The position numbers and the translations under genes are program-made. Below are positions 57,454 through 64,000 of a stretch of DNA of 64,000 bases, one piece after another. The notes under the pieces are model-generated. The model was not told the DNA's origin. It searched no databases and worked only from the letters and a program-made list of their open reading frames with translations. The stretch is from positions 9,486,001 to 9,550,000 of the forward strand of contig OZ316776.1 in assembly GCA_973851085.1 (NCBI GenBank). The letters run 5' to 3'. This DNA is from Ptychomitrium polyphyllum (Eukaryota). The first letter of the stretch is position 1, and each line of letters begins with the position of its first letter.

Positions 57454-58371
57454 GGGTTGGTCACACTTGCTCCGAACTTGGAATCGTTTTCGAGCACAGC
57501 CCACATGCAGGCTTTTGTTGATGTGAAATGATATGCATAGATTTGAAGAGAGAGTGCTTTCAGCTTTTCTGGAATGTTTGAAGATATGTGTATTGAGAAT
57601 TTTACACGAGAGACTTTGATGTTGTTCTTGTGCCTGATAGGTGGGAGATGAGCACGCTTACAAAGGGAGCATTCAAGTTGTGCTGAGAACAGACGTAGGT
57701 GTTTGTTGTCTTCAGTGTCGGTGACCACCTTTTTTTATTCTCGGTTTGCTTTTGATTCGTGTTCGCTGGAGTATAGCGTATGGAGAAGGTTGCTACATCA
57801 CATGGTATTACAGAAGGGCTTTCAATAACCTCACATCCTCAGCAAAAAAATACCAAAATTACAGGAGCTCATGTTTCCGCTTATGCAGTAGCATTGGTTA
57901 GCAGAGATATAAGCATAGTGAGATACTTTTGTTTTGCACATTACACTCTTGAGAGTCGGTGAAAGGACTCCGTAATAGATATTACAATGTTTCTCTTTAC
58001 AGTTTCCAATTGAATAACTTCAATGCATTGAAATTTATCCAAAACTTTTAATATCAATTTCTATAGAATATGTAAGTGATATGCACTCAATTACTTTATA
58101 CTTGAAATTACGTGAAACAATCACAAAAGAATTTGCATAGAAGTGAAACAAGTAGTCTGCCATATGAATGACCTTTTGATATGAAGTAACGAAAAGTTCA
58201 TATACTAGAAAGAATCCAGGTTACTACAAACTGGTGACCACCGAAAAAGTCACCTCTGTATAAAAAGTTCTGGATCAATCTCTCGATGAAATAATCTGCA
58301 TATACTACAGGATACCTATACGCGCCTTGTTTCCATCTGCTCAGTCTGTACAATAACTAGATGTGAACCTC

Positions 58372-59709
58372 TTAAAATATGTCGGATAATGTTGGCAGTT
58401 TGAAGGTACCCTTCTTGTGGAGCGGGATGGTGAATTTGTGGATAATTGGTAGTTTCAGAGTCACACCGACGTCGAAATCGTAGTCGATGTCCCAGTCAGC
58501 ACCAATATCACGCATCAAGTTGATGAGAAAGCTGTATGCTACGTCAGAACCGACTTCAATCGAGGTGTTAGAGTTCGCAGCCACAGATGCTACGCTCTCA
58601 ACGCTTCCAGAAGTGATTTCACTACAAGGCCGCAGCACAAAAGAGTTAGATCCATAGAACAATAACTAAAAACCTACTCTCGTAACTTACACAGAAATAC
58701 TCATGAGCTTTAAATTAGTTCAGCGTTTCGTTGATTGTGCAAAAAACTGACCAAAAAGTATTATGCATCATATTAAACCATACCTGGTACGATTCGTTCA
58801 GTAGTATTTACATTTCAGGACTATGATATTGTATGCCGTAGCTCAGATATGGCAGAAATTTGGTTTAAAATACCCCGTTGCATCTTTCCGGAGCTGAAAA
58901 TCTAAGTTGAGTAAAGAACAGAACTAAAGAGAAACGATAACATATATATTCCTCACAACAATGCGTTCAAACGCCTCTACATAAGAGCCGTGACATTGGC
59001 GTTCATAGCTTAAAGATGACAGAAACTTGAATTTGAAATTCGAAGAGGTGCTTTGCCTAGCACACGGCATCTCAAACCCAAGAGAAAAAGAAACAGAACA
59101 GGGGAGCGCGACGTTTATTTACAAAGCTACTCGGAACAATGCATTCAATCAACTACTCATTAAGGACCGTAACAAATGATGCCAGAGCTCGAACATGCGA
59201 GAGACTTAGGACATAAAGCCTCAGAGAATTACTTAGTGCGCGGCCTAATTGAATCCGAGTCCAAGAGAAGATAAACAGAGCAAACGAAAGGAACGATCAT
59301 GTAAAACCCTTTACGAAACAATGCGTTCAAACACCTCTGCATTTAAGGACAAATGGCGTCATAGCTTACGTATCGCAGGAACTTATACAGAAGTGACATA
59401 CAGAAAGTATGCAGTTCATTTCAGACCGAGTTTAAGAGACAATGAACACAACAACAGAAACTATTTGGAAAAGCAAGACAAAAGAGAAGAAAATGGCGCT
59501 CACCGATCGCCGCAGCGCAGGCGGTAAGTGATCGAGAGAATCGGCAAGTCGTGATCATAAGGATTGTTAATCAAAACATCGCTCTTCAGTCCGACAGAGT
59601 TACGAGTCACGTTCCGAAGATCAATGTCCGTCAAGTCGGCCGTCGGCTTCTCCATGTTTGTGATCTTGTCCGCCACCATCCCCTTCGCCTTGTCCAAGAG
59701 CCCCGCCAT
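58372..59709 (-). CDS. LEA14: Late embryogenesis abundant protein, LEA_2 (LEA14-like)
   Basis: Exons 59709-59504 and 58621-58372 give 151 aa: MAGLLDKAK...KPTA...NPYDHDLPI...SG...DIGADWDIDY...LPIIHKFTIPL..KG.FKLPTLSDIF*. Confidence 0.95.
58900..59470. repeat. Degenerate ~180-bp tandem repeat (about 3 units) in the LEA intron
   Basis: aacaatgc(g/a)ttcaa at ~58957, ~59136 and ~59317, each followed by related ...ggcgt(t)catagctta-like and aagaga..a.a(a)acag blocks. Confidence 0.75.
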
Positions 59710-60024
59710 CTTGCAAAACTTCACACCTTCGCCAAATCAAACTTCACTAGGAACCTCGAGCAGCAGCTTCGTATCGTTTCAAAACTTCTCCAGATCGCTT
59801 CAATAAACACCGTCTTCAATTCTGATATTCAACAGCTGAGCACGCCATTACTTTATACCAAAATGCAAGTCAAGTCGCTCGACTCCCCATACCTTCTCGC
59901 TGCATTTAAGGAAAACCAGCACCCAAAACCGTCACTCTCCCAACACTCTACAATATCTACATCTGATTAACAGTTGAGTAACTGAATGCTGTGAGTTCCT
60001 ACTGGGGATTGGTTTTGTGTCCTA

Positions 60025-60064
60025 TGACGTGGCCTTATGTAATTCGCTGACTAATCCACGTGGC
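60025..60064. promoter_or_regulatory. Paired ABRE/G-box elements upstream of the LEA gene
   Basis: tgACGTGGC at ~60025 and ccACGTGGC at ~60056, a further CACGTG at ~60551, and a TATA-like TATAAAG on the minus strand at ~59851-59857. Confidence 0.75.
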
Positions 60065-62169
60065 CACCGACCATTGTTCTGAACGAACGACGAGCCCCGA
60101 AATGAAGGCTTTATTGTAGCAGTATTTTGGAACTATGTTGGAATTATTCTGGAATAAGTGTAGAACTGTTTGAGGATCGTTTCGTGTCATCACTTTTGCA
60201 TTGTTTTTTCATTTTTCTGCTTTTTGTAAAGCAGAATAATATCGGGATATTGCAAGTCAACCGAGTCTGGGACACCACATCCTGTGACAGTGCAACGAGA
60301 TGGAAGTATACCACAAACCGTCTGCTTCAGTATAACCGTTACTCTATGCAAAACCAAGAGTATCAATATACTGAAAAGCAGATTCTGGATTCTTATTGAA
60401 AGTTTTTACGAGGATATTGTTGGTAATAGGTGCAGTGACAGTTTTACGTAATAATCGTCAGTTCGAGGGCAGTGAAGCAGTATTTCAGGCGGCGTGTTCG
60501 ATAGGTTTCCGGGGAGGGTTGAAGGAGTCAGCGAATTGACACGGTGGCTCCACGTGGGGCAAGCAGAGAATATGTGCTATTCGGCTCCAAATGGCTCGTG
60601 GAAGAGGTTTCCAAGTGGCGTTCGAGTTGGCGTTCTGTTGGGATGTCAGCGTGTTCACTGTTTGCGTTCAGGATAAAGGTTGCATGGAGTTGTATGACCG
60701 TCTACTGCCAGTTTCCAAATACTACTGTACTTAAGAAATTCCATAATTCAAAAACTCAAGTTTTTATTGAAGAAGCTACTGACACGGTGGCAGCATGATT
60801 GAGAGTTTCGATAGTTGCATTCTTAATGTTTTTGATGACATGGTCCTTGTAATTGTGCACTATACCAGACTGTAACAGACACAACATTATAAATATGTGG
60901 TAGAGATTCTTGACCATATCATTATATTTGTAATCATATGTAGATACTTAGTTAAAAAGTATTAATTCTTTGATAATAATATTGAAGTGTTTAAAATACA
61001 TCTTAAAAATTTCTATAGAATAAACTCGTATATTGATATGCAGACTTTTAATATCAAGTCTTTCCATTTATTAAAAATATTATGGGAATTATAAACTAGA
61101 TTCTTTGCTTGATTGTGTAATGTCCAAGTTTTTTCTTGACGTTCAAACAAAGATAGTCCTCTAATATCTAAAGTATTATTGGAATTTAAAACTTCACTAA
61201 AGGTCCAAACATAAAGTAGCTTTTATTTCAAATTAAAATATTTTAGAAGTATGCTTGGATAAATAATGAAATCTTTCCATTCACAATTTGGCAATTAAAC
61301 CTTAACAATAATATATGGACAAATCTAAGAAAACAAGAACAAACAAACCCAATTTGAATCTCCATTCATTTATCTAATATCATTTATTTCCTTTGTCCAT
61401 ATTATAAAAATTGGTTGAATTATTAAAAAAATCATTATTTAAATTTTGAATGTAGCAAGATAAGATATTCTTGATGATAAGACATTTGAACATCATTGTG
61501 GAATAAAAACCTTTCAAATGCTGAAAAGAAACAATCATAATTCTTTGCTTTGAAAAGAAGCATGGTAAGAAAAAGAATTCATCAATCATTTTTGGCACTT
61601 TTTAAAATTGAATAGTAGCAAAGAAAAAACTCAATATCTTCACAAAAATGATATCTAAGATGCTCTTATCTAACATTCTTCATGTCTAGCATTAAAGTAA
61701 TTTAATGCATTTTCATAAAATTAGGATTTTTCAATTTCAATTATAAAAGTGGCTCTACAATTCAAATTTTGCATTTTGGATGTTTTATTATTTTATAACA
61801 TTCTATATTAGACATTTTTTAACATTTATTTGCTAATACTATTTACTATAAATATACAAAAAATGTCTTTTTTTGTTCTCATTTTATTAATTTTTTACTT
61901 CATTTTCACCTCACATTATCAAAATTCAAGAACAATATTAAATTGCATTAGGAATAATACACTACTTCTACATTAACAACATATTCTTACACATTCTAAT
62001 GGCTACAGAAGTTTTCTAAAAATAATGAAAACTATATTTGTAAGACATCATTTAAAAGCTTACTTTTTCTCATATTAACACAAAGTACTCAATTACCCTT
62101 AAAAAACAAACATGACGTTGTTCACTCTAGAGGATTGATTTCTCCAGACATACTTTGAATCGTTTCAAA

Positions 62170-62727
62170 CTAGAGTACATCAAACACCATTAAGTGCTTT
62201 TTCTGCTGAGAAATTTGCACCAAACACTCATGGCCAACCCCATGTAGTGCATGTTTCCCAGATGTAACAAACCGTGGTCCTTTCCTGCCTACTACAAGTA
62301 CGTTTGCTACTTTAAAGTGGTTGTGCAAAATGGGAGCACTTTGACTTTGACTTTGACTTTGACTTTGTGCAAATCCTTTCATGTGATATGCGACCTGTTT
62401 CATGAGCGGAAGGACATGCTTCTCGGCGACTAGAAGGCCTCGGTGCTTGATTTGCATATCTCGCTGATCGATCAACTTGCGCGTATCATCTCGCATGATG
62501 TTGGCCTGGGAGAAACGTTTGCAAAGGAGCTGATCACCGTGGCGCATGTACAGTCTGTGCTCCAGCAACTCGCAGAATCTGCGGTTTGTGGCTCCCGGAT
62601 GCTGTGTCTGCGATAGGGAGGCAGCGTCCAGTTGGCTGCAGAGCACTGTGAAGGTCTCGACATCGGACTCCACTGGCGTCTCTCCACCTGCTCCATCTGG
62701 TGTTAAACGAGTGAAGAGTGGTACCAC
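62170..62727 (-). pseudogene. Degenerate protein-kinase fragment (subdomains III-VIb)
   Basis: Reads SLSQTQHP...FC...IMRDDTRKLIDQR.M...LMKQVAYHMKG...ILHNHFKVANVLV, compared with MxxDLRxLID.RM...MLQIAxGMxYLH...ILHRDLKAANVLV. The catalytic HRD is replaced by HNH and no DFG/APE follows. An (actttg)n hexamer gives SQSQSQSQS. Confidence 0.65.
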
Positions 62728-64000
62728 GAAGTTGATGACACGACTGCGACATAGTGTTTTAAAATCCCGGCCTCATGTTTTTTACAATGTGGGCCTTTGT
62801 TCACTGAGGCAACTCTGCACGTCTGTTCTTCCACGGAATCTAATTATATGGAACCCCCCTAATGTAGGCCCCATGGCGAATATTGCATCACCATCACTGA
62901 ACCAACTCGTTTGGATTTGGCGGTGATTTGCTCCACGTGCTGAGCATCTACACCGATAGGCCAACATCAGAAATGCAAGCTCAAACTCGACTTTGGCTAC
63001 TGCTTTTCAAATAGCCTGGACGAACCAAGATATCGACTGAGCCTGACCCTGACCCTGAGACTAGCAACGCAATCACAGTTTTCCGTAATCATCAGAGCTA
63101 CTTTATCAACATTAATTTTTGATTGTTGATTGAACAAATCACAACTCTCATACCATAAATCACGCACCTGACATTTATGTCATCATACACAGTCAGTTCA
63201 TGTCTACTGCAATGCATGGGCAAGAGTTTTCAATATATGTTGAAGGAACTGCCTGTACTGTTGCACTTCTCTCAACAGTGTAGGCAGACGCATGTTGGGT
63301 CCATCCTAGCATGCTGGAATGTGAAGAAGGTTTGGAGGAGCTTTGGAAAGCTTTAGCGAGGCATGGGGAACTTGTGAGGTTTGGGCTACCTGCCACGGCA
63401 AGCCTTGCTTTAGTTCATTCTCAATCACTGCATGAAACTTGTTTCATGGTTAAGAAATTATGGTTGGCTGAGGTTTGGATAGTTTACTTTATTGACCTCA
63501 ATTGTGCTATAGGCGGTTCTCCGTGCTCTGGGATATGTTTACTCTTCGTTGTGGCTCGTTTGGAGGCTAACCGTCTCTAGGGTTGCCGTTGGGCTCTTTT
63601 GGGTTGGTGGGGCGTATGAAGGTATGTGTATATCACCTTCAACCTTAAATTTTGTTGTGCATGCAGATGTGGGCACACAATATGACTGGCTGGTGCACAA
63701 GGTCGTGCTGTCGGCTCCCTCTTCACGGGCTTGCGTTTATTCAAGCAGCTCGAACAATGAGCGGATGGTGTTAACTGCCAAAGTATAGCATTGGGATGTG
63801 AAGAATTTCTTGAAAGCGCAGATAGGAGGAAGCGTGTGTATCAAACCGCTGTCACTGTTTACACTCAGAAAAGTGACCTGGTAAAGAAGTGAGAGGAAAA
63901 TCTTATCAGTTTTATCCTCGTAGAAATGTTTGGTTTTATGAAGAAGGAGGAGCTCCAGTCTAACTTTGGCCTTGAGCCGAAATTCATAATCGTCAGCAAG

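Noticed and set aside
60800..62150. Possible second Gypsy gag relic in the AT-rich island
   Set aside because: Only faint fragments; not enough contiguous motif to call.

Overview
Eukaryotic, intron-rich land-plant DNA. Gene content, moss-type F-box and kinase relics and AT-rich islands suggest a moss; this is inference. Apparently intact genes, in order: a small unknown minus-strand gene, an F-box/WD40 gene, a GONST1-like GDP-mannose transporter, sucrose-phosphate synthase, OEP24, an intronless EGY/M50-like protein lacking HExxH, a serine carboxypeptidase-like gene, a proline-rich extensin-like gene and a LEA_2/LEA14 gene with ABRE boxes. Decayed sequences lie between them: a GH32 invertase pseudogene that keeps its 9-nt DPN mini-exon, two F-box relics, two protein-kinase relics, a Plavaka/CACTA-like transposase relic with a minisatellite, and a Ty3/Gypsy gag relic. 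There is also a candidate multi-exon lncRNA with an 8-nt micro-exon. I see no CRISPR array, rRNA or tRNA, and no convincing wholly new multi-gene system. The best leads are the HExxH-less M50 protein, the spliced non-coding locus and the Plavaka-like relic. All family calls come from motif recognition by eye, not database searches.
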